Assembly: GCF_006345805.1 (NCBI RefSeq)
Contig: NC_042998.1
Span: 66,154,001 to 66,218,000, forward strand
Direction: 5' to 3'
DNA from: Octopus sinensis
Taxonomy: Eukaryota
Length of the DNA: 64,000 nt
Positions 27,507 to 39,572 of this stretch are shown here, piece after piece (position 1 is the stretch's first letter; the number at the start of each line of letters is the position of its first letter). The notes under the pieces are model-generated. The model ran no database searches and had not been told where the DNA came from. It saw only the letters and a program-made list of their open reading frames with translations. The translations under genes were made by a program, and so were the position numbers.

Positions 27507-29742
27507 ACCCCAAAATAATAAACTTATCTAAAAGAGAACTTGACGAATATGAAATGAACCTACTACTAAAAGGCCTCAAATTTACACCTACACCCACTCC
27601 AAACCTCATAGAACTAAAAACTGACATAGATAACTTCAGCCGCTACCTCCGCCTTATGGAATTCTTTGAAAATAAAGAAACAGAAGATAACTCAATCATA
27701 AGAAAAAAATCCCACTTCACCCCTTACAAGGGAAGTGACAAACACCTTGACACGTACATAGAAACAATATCCAAATTCCCTCTTCACACACACAAATGCA
27801 AACAGAATCTCCGCAGAGAAGAAAAGCAAGCCCTACAAAAACTGAAAAATGACAAATCAATCGTTATAAAAGAAGCTGACAAAGGTGGAGCAATAGTAAT
27901 TATGGACACAGATTACTACAAAGAAAAGATACTAGAGTTACTGAACAACCAGACATATTACAAAGAGGAACCAACACCACCGGAGAAACAACAATAAGAA
28001 AAATTAGAACTTTAGTCAATGAATATCAGGACTCCTTTACAGATAAGGAGGAAGATTATCTATGCAACTCACAAACCAAAGAAAGCAACTTTTATGGATT
28101 ACCTAAAATTCATAAAAGCTCGGAAATACAGAGAGCCATAAAGGAACAGAGGAACCACTACATAAGAGTACAAAGACCTGCAGACCTCACGATGAGACCA
28201 ATAGTGGCAGGACCCCAGGCACCAACACAACAACTAAGCCACTTCATAGATATACTCCTCAAACCTCTATGCCCACAGATTCCAAGCTACATAAGGGATG
28301 ACATAGACTTCCTCACACACATTCCAAATACAGTCCCGAAAAAAACCATACTTGCAAGCTTTGATGTCACAAATCTATACACAAACATACCACACACCCT
28401 AGGTCTAGAAGCTATAAAACAATCAATAGAAAAATACAGAGAACTTATAGATGAACGCTTCAAGACAAACTTTATCACCCAAGCCACCCAACTAATACTA
28501 GAAGAAAACACATTCTCATTCAACAACAAGACATACCGACAGATAAAAGGCACGGCTATGGGTACAAAATTCGCACCTTCATATGCCAACCTAGTGATGG
28601 GCTTCCTGGAGAAAAAACTATATGACGAAATAGGGAAAGTCTTCGAACACGACTTCAGAGAAGACATCAAGAAAAAGTGGAAACGCTACCTCGATGACTG
28701 TTTCATCTTTTGGAACAGATCAGAAGAGGACCTACAAACATTCCACAACATCCTCAATACGCTGCACCCATCTATCAATTTCACAATAGATACCAGCCAC
28801 AACGAACTTCCCTTCCTAGACATCAACATCAAAATACACAACTCCATCGTCACAACAGACATCCACTACAAAAAAAACTGACACACATCAATACTTAAAT
28901 TTCCACTCCTGCCACCCATCCCACACAAAAAGAAACATCCCATATAGTATGGCACGACGAATATGTAGCATAGTAACTGATTCACAAATACGATTAATAA
29001 GACTAGATGAACTCAAAAGCTTCCTCCTAGAGCAAAAATACCCCCTTAAACTAATAGAAAATGGAATCACAAGAGCATTAAAACTAGACATCACACAACT
29101 CAGGACACCCAAAACAAAAAACAAAGAAAACACTATCCCTTTTATAAACACACACAACCCTGGAGTTACCAACATCTTCCAAACCATACATTCAAACCTA
29201 CCAATAGCCTTACAGAGCCCCAAAATGAAAAACATATTAAACAAATATAGCATAAAAAACAGTAGACGACAGGACAAAAACCTAAAAATACACCTAACAA
29301 GAGCGAAATTCTCTTCAGAAACTAAAACGGAATTCTTTGCAAAAGAGTGCGGAGATGGTAGATGTGGGACCTGCAGCAACCCCACCTACAAATACATAGA
29401 GAGCAACAGAGAGATAAGATTTAAAAATGGTGTCATATTCAAAGTAAATGCAGATATGAACTGCAAGACGCAGAACGTCATATACTGCATAACCTGCCCC
29501 ACATGCAAGGAGAATTACGTAGGAGAAACTGGTAATTCTTTGTGCCAGCGAGCCAGGATCCACCGACAACATATTCGGCAGGAAGAACTACGCAAAATAC
29601 CACTAAGCACACACCTAGCTACATGTGGAGAAGGAAAATTTAAGATATTTCCCTTCTACAAGTGTCCGAAGAATGACACCCCCTTCAGGAGGAATATGGA
29701 AAAACATTTCATAGCTAAGTTCTCCCCAAATTAAATGGCTGA
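27428..29742 (+). pseudogene. PLE reverse transcriptase/GIY-YIG polyprotein with small indels
   Basis: IINLS, KGLKFTPTP, ADKGG, FYGLPKIHK, RPIV, SFDVTNLYTNIP, GTAMGT, RYLDD, LPFLD, NVIYCITC...YVGETG; frame breaks near 27980, 28870 (A-run) and 29725. Confidence 0.93.
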
Positions 29743-30037
29743 AACTTTACTCAACATACATTGAAGGAAAAATCTGTGTGTGTGTAGATGTGTGTATTGC
29801 CTGTTATATACATCATATTATATTATTATCTTTATAATTCACTTCCATCTTTACCCTTTAATTGTCACTTTAGTTTTAACTTTCCTATGATATACAACTT
29901 TCAAGATGGTATAATTTGGTTGTTCATTTTGAACCAATAAAAAGGTTTTTTCAAATATTTTATGTATAAGTCTGTGTGTATATATATGTGTTCGTATAAA
30001 TATCAACACACAAAAATATTTTTTCTTCTCCACTTCC

Positions 30038-30263
30038 TCCCTTATTTTTATTTTTATTTTTATTTTTTTATTTTTTATTTTTTATATTTTTATTTATTCT
30101 TTATATTTTTTTATTTTTTATTTTATTTTATTATTTTTTTATTTTTTATTTTTATTTTTTTAATTTTTTAATTTTTAATTTTTATTTTTATTATTATTAT
30201 TTTTATTTTCCCTTTTCTCTTTTTGTCTCTCTCCCCTTCTCCAAACACACAGACACACACACA

Positions 30264-30301
<38 letters not shown>

Positions 30302-30523
30302 CACACACAGACACACAGAGACACACACACAGACACACCTCCACAGAATGATCATAGAAAGTGTGACCCCAAATGACATTTGCCAGGCCAACCTATGCAC
30401 AACACACACTCAGTGACATTGAAATGGACAGCCAAAGTTCTTATAAAACCACAGGGGGTCCAGCAGACCAACGGAAATAACACTTCTTCACTCTCAGATA
30501 TAAATGCACACACACACACACAC

Positions 30524-30554
<31 letters not shown>

Positions 30555-30560
30555 ACATAC
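30038..30560. repeat. (TTTTA)n-like and (CA)n tracts in the PLE 3' UTR
   Basis: Directly visible. Confidence 0.9.
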
Positions 30561-31147
30561 ACACATATTTTCTCTCTGCCTCACTTCCTCCTCAACCACT
30601 ACTACGAAACTATAAAAAGGTTCAAACTACCCACAACTGATTTGATTTGAAAACCCACTAGAATGGGAGCAAGCGCTAATCCGAATGATATGATATATAT
30701 GTAAAAAATGTAATATATAAATAAATATCTACAAATATGAACCATCTGATCTGATTACCTCAATTTTTCTAATATATATGTATATATACATGCATATTTA
30801 TATATAGATTTACATATATACATATAATGTTTATACGCAAATGCCTGCACGAATACATACAGCTAGCAATATCTTAATGAAATTAATTAATAAGTATTAA
30901 GTAAGATTTATTAATTAATATATTACATCTAGAAACCAATTTTGTTATTACATTATTCATAGCTGCCTCACGTAATTTACACTGGAATTGCTTTTGTATA
31001 TGTATATATAGAGAGATAGATAGATATAGATAGATATATAGATATATAGATATATGTATATGTATATATATATGATATATAGATATATGTATATGTATGT
31101 ATATATATATATAATATATATATATATATAATATATATATATATAAG

Positions 31148-31315
31148 TGAAGGTATGACTGTGTCGTAAGTAGTTGATTACGAACCACATTGCTCCGGTT
31201 TCAGTCCACTTCCGTGGCACTTGTGCACGTGTCTTTTACTATAACCTCGGGCCGACCAAAGCCTTGTGAGTGGATTTGGTAGAGGGAAGCTAAAAGAAGC
31301 CTGTCGTATATATAT

Positions 31316-31360
<45 letters not shown>

Positions 31361-31392
31361 GTGTATATATGTTTGTGTTTGTCCCACCATCT
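31148..31392 (+). mobile_element. CORE-type SINE, 5' half
   Basis: CCTCGGGCCGACCAAAGCCTTGTGAGTGGATTTGGTAGAGGGAAGCTAAAAGAAGCCTGTCG then a TA tract. Confidence 0.85.
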
Positions 31393-31741
31393 TAGGATTC
31401 TTGTTTCGTGAATTTCTCCTTGTAATGTTATTTTTATATATTGTATTTCAAATATTTTTCGTATTTGTTTATCAATATGCTTACTGATCTGTAATGCCTG
31501 TATATAATTTGGAAATTTGAAATTAATAATATTTCATGCAGTTTATTACGTAACATCTGTAATCATATGGAAATAATAAATCATTGTTCACCTCTCAAAT
31601 CTACTGTTTGTTTCTTTGATATACATTTCAAGTGGACATAATTACTCCTCGCATATCCAGGGCTTTCGGGTGAGTAGACAAATTAAGAAATATCGTAATT
31701 GAATACATTTTTGAACTGATTAAAAATTCCTTGGAAAGGGC

Positions 31742-31910
31742 ATATCGATTTAATCGACCCCGATGCTCTACTGATTTATATTTCAACCCCACAGCTGTGT
31801 GTGGCGTGAGGTAAAGTCATCTCCTGCAGCATTTGGATCCAGAACACAATGACTGACGAAACGCTGCTACGCATTATAGTCGGTGTGCTAACGATTCTTT
31901 TAGCACGCCA
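31742..31910 (-). mobile_element. SINE family 2, degenerate
   Basis: ATCGACCCCGATGC...GACGAAACGCTGCTACGCATT...GTGTGCTAACGATTCT. Confidence 0.6.
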
Positions 31911-32704
31911 CATTGATGTGGGTATATACTGGTGCATCACTGTAAACACATCAGATTCACAACAAACATGCTAATCATGTATTTCCGTAACTCCAAAGCA
32001 AACCGTTTAAACATAGTACAATAGTGTACTCAATTTCCCATCGTAGTGCAATTAGATTTTTATGAATTTTAACCTAGTGCCTGCCATGAGCCTCATTTGA
32101 AGGTCTGCTAAAAACGAACTCATAACTGATTGTTCGTTGTATTGCTTATGCACATTGCATTTTCAGAGACGTGTTTAACAATATTGAGAAGTTTAAAGTT
32201 GTCCTTTTTTGTTCTGGCTAGTTCTAGAGGGCATTTCATGTGATGAATCAAAATTTTTGAACTGCGTAACATTGACTCTTTTGAAAAATATTTCTTTCTT
32301 TTGCATTTTCCATTTATATCATTCATTGATATTCCATATACATTTGCATTTGATACTATAGTTTCACAAAAAATAATAAAATGTTTGTTATTGCAATTGA
32401 ATAGAAAAGAATAAATGTTTTGTTTTTTTCAGTGATCCCCATTTGTGACTTTTGAAAAAACTTATCATAATTTCCAAAATTCACATATGAAGAAAATGTT
32501 GATACTATATGTTATTTTGATTCCTAAGACACCTGGCAAAGCCAAAAAAATATGAATGAGAAATTTGGCAGCTAACACGTTAAATATTTCACAAAATGCC
32601 ATATACGACAAATGTTTGTGAACCTTTTCCCTTCCAAAAATCCCGAATCACTAGCCATTCAAAACAAATTTTATGTAGTCGCAGCCCTCCATACATAGCA
32701 TTTA

Positions 32705-33931
32705 CAGAGTGCAGACGGTATTCCCTCGCAATATTCTAATCATAATTTCGTTGTCGGTCTTTTTTTCTATTTTACAGACACAGAACACTATTTTTGGTTA
32801 ACTTTAGAACGATGGTTGAAGAGGCATGGATTCCTCCTTGAATTCCGCGCCAGAAGGACAAACAAAAAGATTTCAAACTTTTCAAACTTCACTAGAAGGA
32901 TTATAGGAAAATGTCAGAAATGAGCTGCAAGATTCAGGATTCGACTATGAGGCGATAACAAAGAAGGAACCCCATGATACTCGATTTGACACAATCAGAA
33001 CGTCGAACTAGTAGCTGAAATATCCTCGATATTACCAACAATAATCCCAGCAAGTCTATACATGCCACTACACGGGACGAAGATGTGGAAGAAAGGTTCA
33101 TCAGGCTGGTTGGTGATCCATGAGGTCATTGGCCACTCATCATTCAAAATGACAGATATTTTCGTTCCAGGCGATGCAAACAAAGCGAAACAAACATACC
33201 AAGAAGCAAATTAATAAGTCGAAATATTCGTTGGAGCCAAACATTTTGTGCGTCTTCTACGACATAGAAAAAAAATTGCGAAAGCCAGACGATCAACTGC
33301 CAGAACAACAGGTGGCTCACTGTCCCATCCAAGAACGCGCTTAATCGCATGCAGACGGAATTTTTAGTGACAACCATGGCCTTAGGTGTCGTCAACGGTG
33401 AAGGTGACATCATGCCTCCCCACATCCGTGTTCTGAGTGAGGTGGTAAAACTTTGAATCGACCGGGAAACTGCAGTTAGGCTGTCTGTTTGGCAGCAAGA
33501 CTCTCTGCTCTCTGTTACTTCAGCCGGAAGACCCAAGCCTGAAGGTCGGAGAATTTGTTCGATTGCACAGCACCTGATATTTTGCCATCCAACACACCTG
33601 ACTTTCTTGACTTTCTGGACCCTAGGCTTTCTGTGGGGACGCTGGAACGAGAGGCCAACCGAATCATCCGCAATCACGAAGGACATGCAGAGGGCCAGGA
33701 TAACTAGGGCATTCGGAGCATAAACATTAGACAATGAGGAACGGTTTGGTCTGTTATACGGTTGCCTAGAGGACGTCCTTCAGGCCAAAGCGGGTCCATC
33801 GAGTGGAATTGAGATAATGGGTTATGAAGACAAACTGAAATATATTTGTGCAATTTATCTAAAAAAATAATACAAGGTTTTGTCTTTGTCCTGAGACAGA
33901 CATCAGGTGAATGAATACGCTCTGCCTCCTA
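32705..33931 (+). mobile_element. Degenerate Tc1/mariner-superfamily transposon (maT/DD37D-like)
   Basis: Imperfect TIRs CAGAGTGCAGACGGTATTC / GAATACGCTCTGCCTCCTA with TA flanks; broken-frame motifs TINCQNNRWL, MALGVVNGEGDIMPPH, VWQQDS. Confidence 0.75.
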
Positions 33932-33937
33932 TATGTA

Positions 33938-34360
33938 GGCGCAAGCGTGGCTGAGTGGTAGAAAGTTTGCTTCACAACTATATGGTTCCGGAATCAATCT
34001 TACTGCCTGGCACTTTGGGCGTGTGTCTTTTGCTATGCCCTCGCGCCGACTAAAACTTTGTGAGTGGATTTGGTAAACGGAACCTGAAAGCCCGTCCTAT
34101 ATATGTGTGTGTGTGTGCATGCTTATGCGTATTTATGAGTTCGTCTTTGTGTCTGTGTTTTCTCACCCACCCCCTATTGGCAACTGATGAACTGATGTGT
34201 GTAGGTCCCCGTCACATAGCGGTTCGGCAATGAGACCGAAAAAATAAGTACAAAAATTAAAAATGAAATAAAATTTGGGGTCGATTATTTCAACAAAATT
34301 TCTTCACTGTGATGATCCAGTATGGCCGCAGTTTAATAGCTGTAACAATTAAAAGATAAG
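33938..34360 (+). mobile_element. CORE-type SINE, full length, diverged
   Basis: GGCGCAAGCGTGGCTGAGTGGTAG head, GTGAGTGGATTTGGTAAACGGAA middle, CCAGTATGGCCGCAG tail. Confidence 0.85.
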
Positions 34361-37018
34361 AAATGAAAATATTTAGAGATGAACCATTGGTGTGTCCATG
34401 ATGTTCCCGTCATCTGATGAGCTAGATTTCCTTATCTGTATTTGTGAATATACAACAGTATTTTATACGGCATGACATATATATTAGTGCAGACATGTAA
34501 GCATAATTTAATTATACACTGAATTTATCATTACACGAAGAATGCTGCAGAGCAACAGTAATCCGAACGATGACAAGTGGTTAACTAAATATATTCACCT
34601 CCCATACCTTCTGACATTTTTAAGGTTTATAATTCAGCATGAAGTAATTTCATCAATGGGATGTCTTGGACGTAAGCTACAGGGTACTCTGCATTATTCT
34701 CCCCTATATTGGATTACTCTGTGATTGTTAACCGAGTCTGTAAGAGGAGCTTTCTATGATAACCACACATTTGCACAACAAATTTTATATTCATATATAC
34801 TTCATTTAGGAATATAAATGCTGTTGCTTATATAATTGATAAAACTGGAATAAATAACAAAATTCTATATTTGTCATTTCTGTTCCCTCAGTTTTCTATG
34901 AAAATTGATGCAGCGTCGTTTGTTATATTCTTTAGTGAAGCTTACTAAAAATATGAGCACATCTATAAAATAAATCATTATATCCTGTTCAATAATGTTT
35001 ACACATAATTATTTTCTAAAGCAATGTTTCTTCTGTCTTAGCTAATCATATTATGATTAAACGAAACGAAAGAGTTTTCGCTAATTACAAACATCATTAT
35101 AATTTCCCTTTCCTGTGTGAGTGTGTTTTTTTTTTTACTTTCAATCTGCGTATGCAAACATCGATTGCCTGCTATAGAACTCCTAATATATTTCATTAAC
35201 GTTGGTTTGCTTTTATGGTACACATTTGCATTTCGATGAATAATATAGTATGTTTTTTTTTGTTTTCTTTTAATAGCGTTCTTTCATTCTCGTCGGTTTC
35301 ATTATTATTTACTTTTATGGATATTCTTGGAACAATAGCTGCGGTGGTTTTTGCTTTTATATGTTTGTTGAAAGAAATATTATATTGCCTACTAAATATT
35401 CATGTTAATATAGTAAAACCAGGTATATCGAATATATAATAAAACAGGAACATACAACTCTGGTTATAATGGTATTTTCCTTGATCATGTTATAATTTCA
35501 GGTACGAAGCTCCAAATAATTTATATAGGACGTAAAAATATATATACGTGCATGTACAACTATATTCACTATGTTGATGTACACTCAGGCGTGGTAAGGT
35601 ATTTCAAAGTGGATATAACCTCGGGTGAATTTCTTTCCCATAGTTAATAATATGCGAAAACGCATCATCTGGTAACTGATGACATCAATATTACCGTACA
35701 TCATCTTTGAATATTAAGCCAATCGTTCACAGCCCTAATGAAATGTTTTTTTTTTTGTTATATATACGTAAAGCAATTAAATTGTTTGTTGATATATACA
35801 AAGTGTGGTCAAGCTGAAATTAACTAGATGTGCAAAGCAGCTTTGAATGACATACATTTGTGCATAAACCTACATAATATGTTCGCTTTTCTTTTCGTTT
35901 TCAACTTCAAATGTATGTGTTGCTAAATGGACTTATGCATGTGCCAATGATGTTTTAATTTTGCTGATGAACAAAACCTGTTTCCCTTTGTTTAAAAAAA
36001 AAATTTAATTAATTTTTCATAAATGTTGTTTCTTTATCCTTTTGTCAACCTTTCAAATGTGGGGTATATTTCTGACGCACCCTGTATGTCTATATGTTTC
36101 ACACGATCAACATTAGCTATTTAGTGTTAGTAGTCTTCATCTGACCAGTAGCAATGTTATATAATTTTGTCGGGAAAAGTAGAGGTTTGTTCTCTGAAAC
36201 CTGATGAATTCTTTATTAATGAGGAACTTCTTCACTGTGTGTATAATCACCAAATAGCTATTATAGTGTCCACTCATTTACCACATGATAAATTGCATTT
36301 CGTTTAACATATTGTCGGTACACCAACATAATGGAAAAGTATATATATTCATAAAGAATTCAGCTGACGTAAGAGAACAAGTCAACAGTTTTACCTCGAC
36401 AAACGACTATAGTGCTACTCTTCAAATACTTCGACTATAGCGGTATTGTCATTTGAAAATCAAGATAAGAGAAAGTAATATTTCCATAATCAATCGGGGA
36501 CTCAAAATATATTTAAGAGCAGCCGCGTTCAAAATTTTGGTTGAGAGTGGTCTTTACGATTATCAGTAAGAATAGATCATTGAAAATGAATTATTGCATC
36601 TAGAGAGTGCAACGCTTGAACCCACACCTATCTTAATATATATGCTTTTGTAGCTGAGCAACACAAAGTTGTACCTATTGAGTAACGCATTATATAACTA
36701 CGTAAGACAATTCAATTTACCTGAAAACAAAAAAGAAATTTCCCACTGCCATTCATTGATATGCTCTCGTAGAACCCAAATGCACAGATTCAGAATAATA
36801 GCAGACGTACATGGAAGAAACACTTATCTCAAACAGCGTACAGATTCGAGAAATGATTGTTAAATAAATATATTAGAGAACATATCACCTCACTGTATCA
36901 CCTTAAACAGAAGATATTGGACTTTGAAAGCATCTATCACAGAATAATGAGTACAATAAAAAAACAACTACTTGAAGCCAAAGCCAATTTCACTGCTCTC
37001 CCTTATTTTACTAAGATA

Positions 37019-37350
37019 CAGGTTGTTCAAAAAGTGTCTCTATAGAGAATATTTCGAAGATAGCATCAACACCGAGAGATAATGCTAAAATACTACAGTT
37101 CTGTATTTAATAGATGAGGAATTATGTACATTATTTACATTTGACGGAAATTTGTCCTCATCTTCTTTGTTGTTAACACAACGTTTCGGTTGGAGGGTAT
37201 ATCAGCCGAAACGTGGTTTTAACAACAAACAAGATGAGGACATATATTTATCAAATGTAAATACTGTAAATAATGCTCGAAAGGTGTCTTTCCACTTGTA
37301 AGCCAACTCACTGAAAGTGAAATTAATAATGCATACTTTCAGTAAGATGG
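37019..37350 (+). mobile_element. Partial copy of the deleted mariner-like element, interrupted by an HHR-family insertion
   Basis: TA|CAGGTTGTTCAAAAAGTGTCTC and GCCAACTCACTGAAAGTGAAATTAATAATGCATACTTTCAG match 37557-37700. Confidence 0.8.
37094..37274. mobile_element. Fold-back insertion of the 3' part of the tRNA-HHR element
   Basis: Head-to-head copies of CCGAAACGTTGTGTTAACAACAAA...GATGAGGAC; same 3' terminus as 63524. Confidence 0.85.
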
Positions 37351-37556
37351 ATTAACACAAACATCAGAAGAAACCAAATCTATTTCTTACAAAGCTAATA
37401 ACCTAACATCTGATATCAGCATTTCTCAGCCTTTTTTCTCCTATGGACTCCTCTGATTCCTATATCAATTTACTAGACCCTCACAGTCATTCAATGCCTT
37501 AAAAAATCTTGTTATATTTTATATCAAATATTATTAGGAATTGTATAAAAAAAACA

Positions 37557-38120
37557 CAGGGTGTTCAAGAAGTCTCTCCGCAGTGAATTTTTTGAAGACA
37601 CCATCAACACCGAGGGATACTGCTCAAATATTGTCTATCCATTTCTAGGCCAACTCACTGAAAGTGAAATTAATAATGCATACTTTCAGCAAGATGGAGC
37701 TACAGCACATACTTCGCGTATCACCATGGAGCAACTTCAAAATTTTTTCAGCGAACAGATTATTTCGAAGGAACTTTGGCCACCAAGACCACCTGATTTA
37801 ACACCGCCAGGCATTTTTTCTGGGGAGCAAGTAAATGATCAGTGTACAAGAATCGCCCGAAAATCATTAATGAGCTAAAGGACGCAGTCATAACCTTCAC
37901 ACGTCCCATAACGCGCCAGACTCTCCAAGATATATCTCAAAAGATGTGTAGAAGAGTCAACTCATGTACTGAAAATGAAGGACGACATTTAACAACACCT
38001 CTAATACAGTTTGTTAAAGTCTTGTAAAGTCTAATATATCCTTTTGTAGTCTTATACCATGTTATAAATATGTATTTAGCAATAAAATACTTACTGCGGC
38101 GAGACGTTTTGAACACCCTG
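37557..38120 (+). mobile_element. Internally deleted Tc1/mariner-superfamily element
   Basis: TIRs CAGGGTGTTCAAGAAGTCTCTCCGCAGT / ACTGCGGCGAGACGTTTTGAACACCCTG|TA; transposase remnant YFQQDGATAH...LWPPRPPDLTP. Confidence 0.92.
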
Positions 38121-38672
38121 TACAACAAACGATGCAAGTGTTCATGTTGGTTTTATTAAGATATTCGACAATACTGAAAGAATCAGAATAGTATGCTGGA
38201 AGAATGTAGGAATCGTTTAAATATCAGGCTGCCGGTTTACCAGGATTTTTGATTTACATGAAGAACGGATATATCAGGAATGCTTAATTATATATGGTAA
38301 ACAGAATCTCACATAATTAACATATTTAAAATTTCGATAATTAGCAAATCCGATATTGCAAATTTACACCGTAAAAGTAGAAAATATAAGGTTTGCTGAT
38401 TGGTTAATCAGGAACACTAGCACTCTATCTCAAATTGTGGCTATTAACGAATGTAAAACAAAATATAATTGAAAACTATTTCTCATTGTCATAGCGAAAG
38501 CAAAGTTAGTACTTTTTTGTATTTAATTCTTAAATACATGACCAAATAGTCTCCTACAAGTATTCATATCCACCAATAAGACACTGATTGGTGATGAAAG
38601 TAAATAAAAAGTCATTGAAAAATCGGTTGGGTACAAATATAATTGTTTCATCGCTTAAGATTAGCATTTCGG

Positions 38673-38750
38673 TCTTCTTTTTCTTCTTCTTCTTTTCTTC
38701 TTCTTCTTCTTCTTCTTCTTCTTCTTCTTCTTCTTCTTCTTCTTCTTCTT

Positions 38751-38800
<50 letters not shown>

Positions 38801-38834
38801 GCTACTTCTTTTTCTTCTGCTTCTTCTTCTTCTT
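38673..38834. repeat. (TTC)n/(CTA)n microsatellite
   Basis: Directly visible. Confidence 0.97.
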
Positions 38835-39099
38835 AATTTTCTTTTTCATATACTTCATCCCTTTCCTTCATCCCATCAGTCTTCCTTTCGTTATTCAACT
38901 TGTTCTGCTTGTTCTGTGTCTTCTCTTTGCCTTTTTCCTTTCCTTCTTTCCTCCTCCGCATTCTTCGTTTTCTTCTACTTCTTTCACTTTTCCTGTCAAG
39001 TAAACGTACAGTTTCTGTAGAGGAAAAAATTTACTGTAAACTTCACTTCTATCATTTAGTAATTTTACCATTATCGAATCATTCAAATATGGAAGGATA

Positions 39100-39312
39100 A
39101 GACTAACCCATGCTTTATTAGTGGATCTGGTAGTAGATGGAAACTGTGTGCACACCCACCGTTGTATATATATATATGTTTTTCACTGTTTTATTTGCCT
39201 AATAGTGGTTTTATCTCTAATTTAATATAATATAATATAATATAGTTATACTATAAAATTGGATTTAATCCTAAATCTCATTTTCCCCTATAAGTTTGGA
39301 TTTATTCTCTAA

Positions 39313-39368
<56 letters not shown>

Positions 39369-39572
39369 GCATAACGGTAGTACATCAGCATGGCCGCAGA
39401 TTTGAGCTGAAACTAGAGACAATATATATATATATTGATAGATAGATAGATTGATGGATATATGCAGTGTTTGTCCCTCCACTATTTAAAAAGCGACAGT
39501 GGTTTGTTTACGTCAATGTAATTTAATATTTCGGTTGTGCTGCAGTTTGGCCGCGATCCGCAGACTGAAACT
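39100..39572 (+). mobile_element. Fragmented CORE-type SINE with an insertion in its TA tract
   Basis: GTGGATCTGGTAGTAGATGGAAACTG...(TA)...GTGTTTGTCCCTCCAC...GTTTACGTC...TGGCCGCG...GACTGAAAC. Confidence 0.55.

Larger units (their letters stand above)
26755..30772 (+). mobile_element. Penelope-like retroelement, Neptune type, inserted in (TA)n
   Basis: RT plus C-terminal GIY-YIG with a Cys-rich linker (CGDGRCGTC); A/C-rich sense strand; microsatellite-rich 3' UTR; TA tracts on both sides. Confidence 0.92.

Noticed and set aside
27428-29742. Selenocysteine recoding as in Naiad-type PLEs
   Set aside because: No in-frame TGA replacing Cys; the ORF breaks are frameshifts and the endonuclease is C-terminal.
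33144-33734. 196-aa minus-strand ORF with a signal-peptide-like start
   Set aside because: Antisense to a decayed transposase whose motifs lie on the plus strand.
34400-36900. Possible host exons in repeat-poor stretches (also 12700-13800, 44700-45700, 57300-59000)
   Set aside because: No ORF with recognisable homology and no convincing splice pair; small exons cannot be excluded without RNA-seq.
38588-39020. Poly-Ser/Thr/Leu ORFs (also poly-Tyr/Val at 41471-41926 and poly-Leu/Ile at 52638-52895)
   Set aside because: Trinucleotide microsatellites with no domain, splice or codon evidence.
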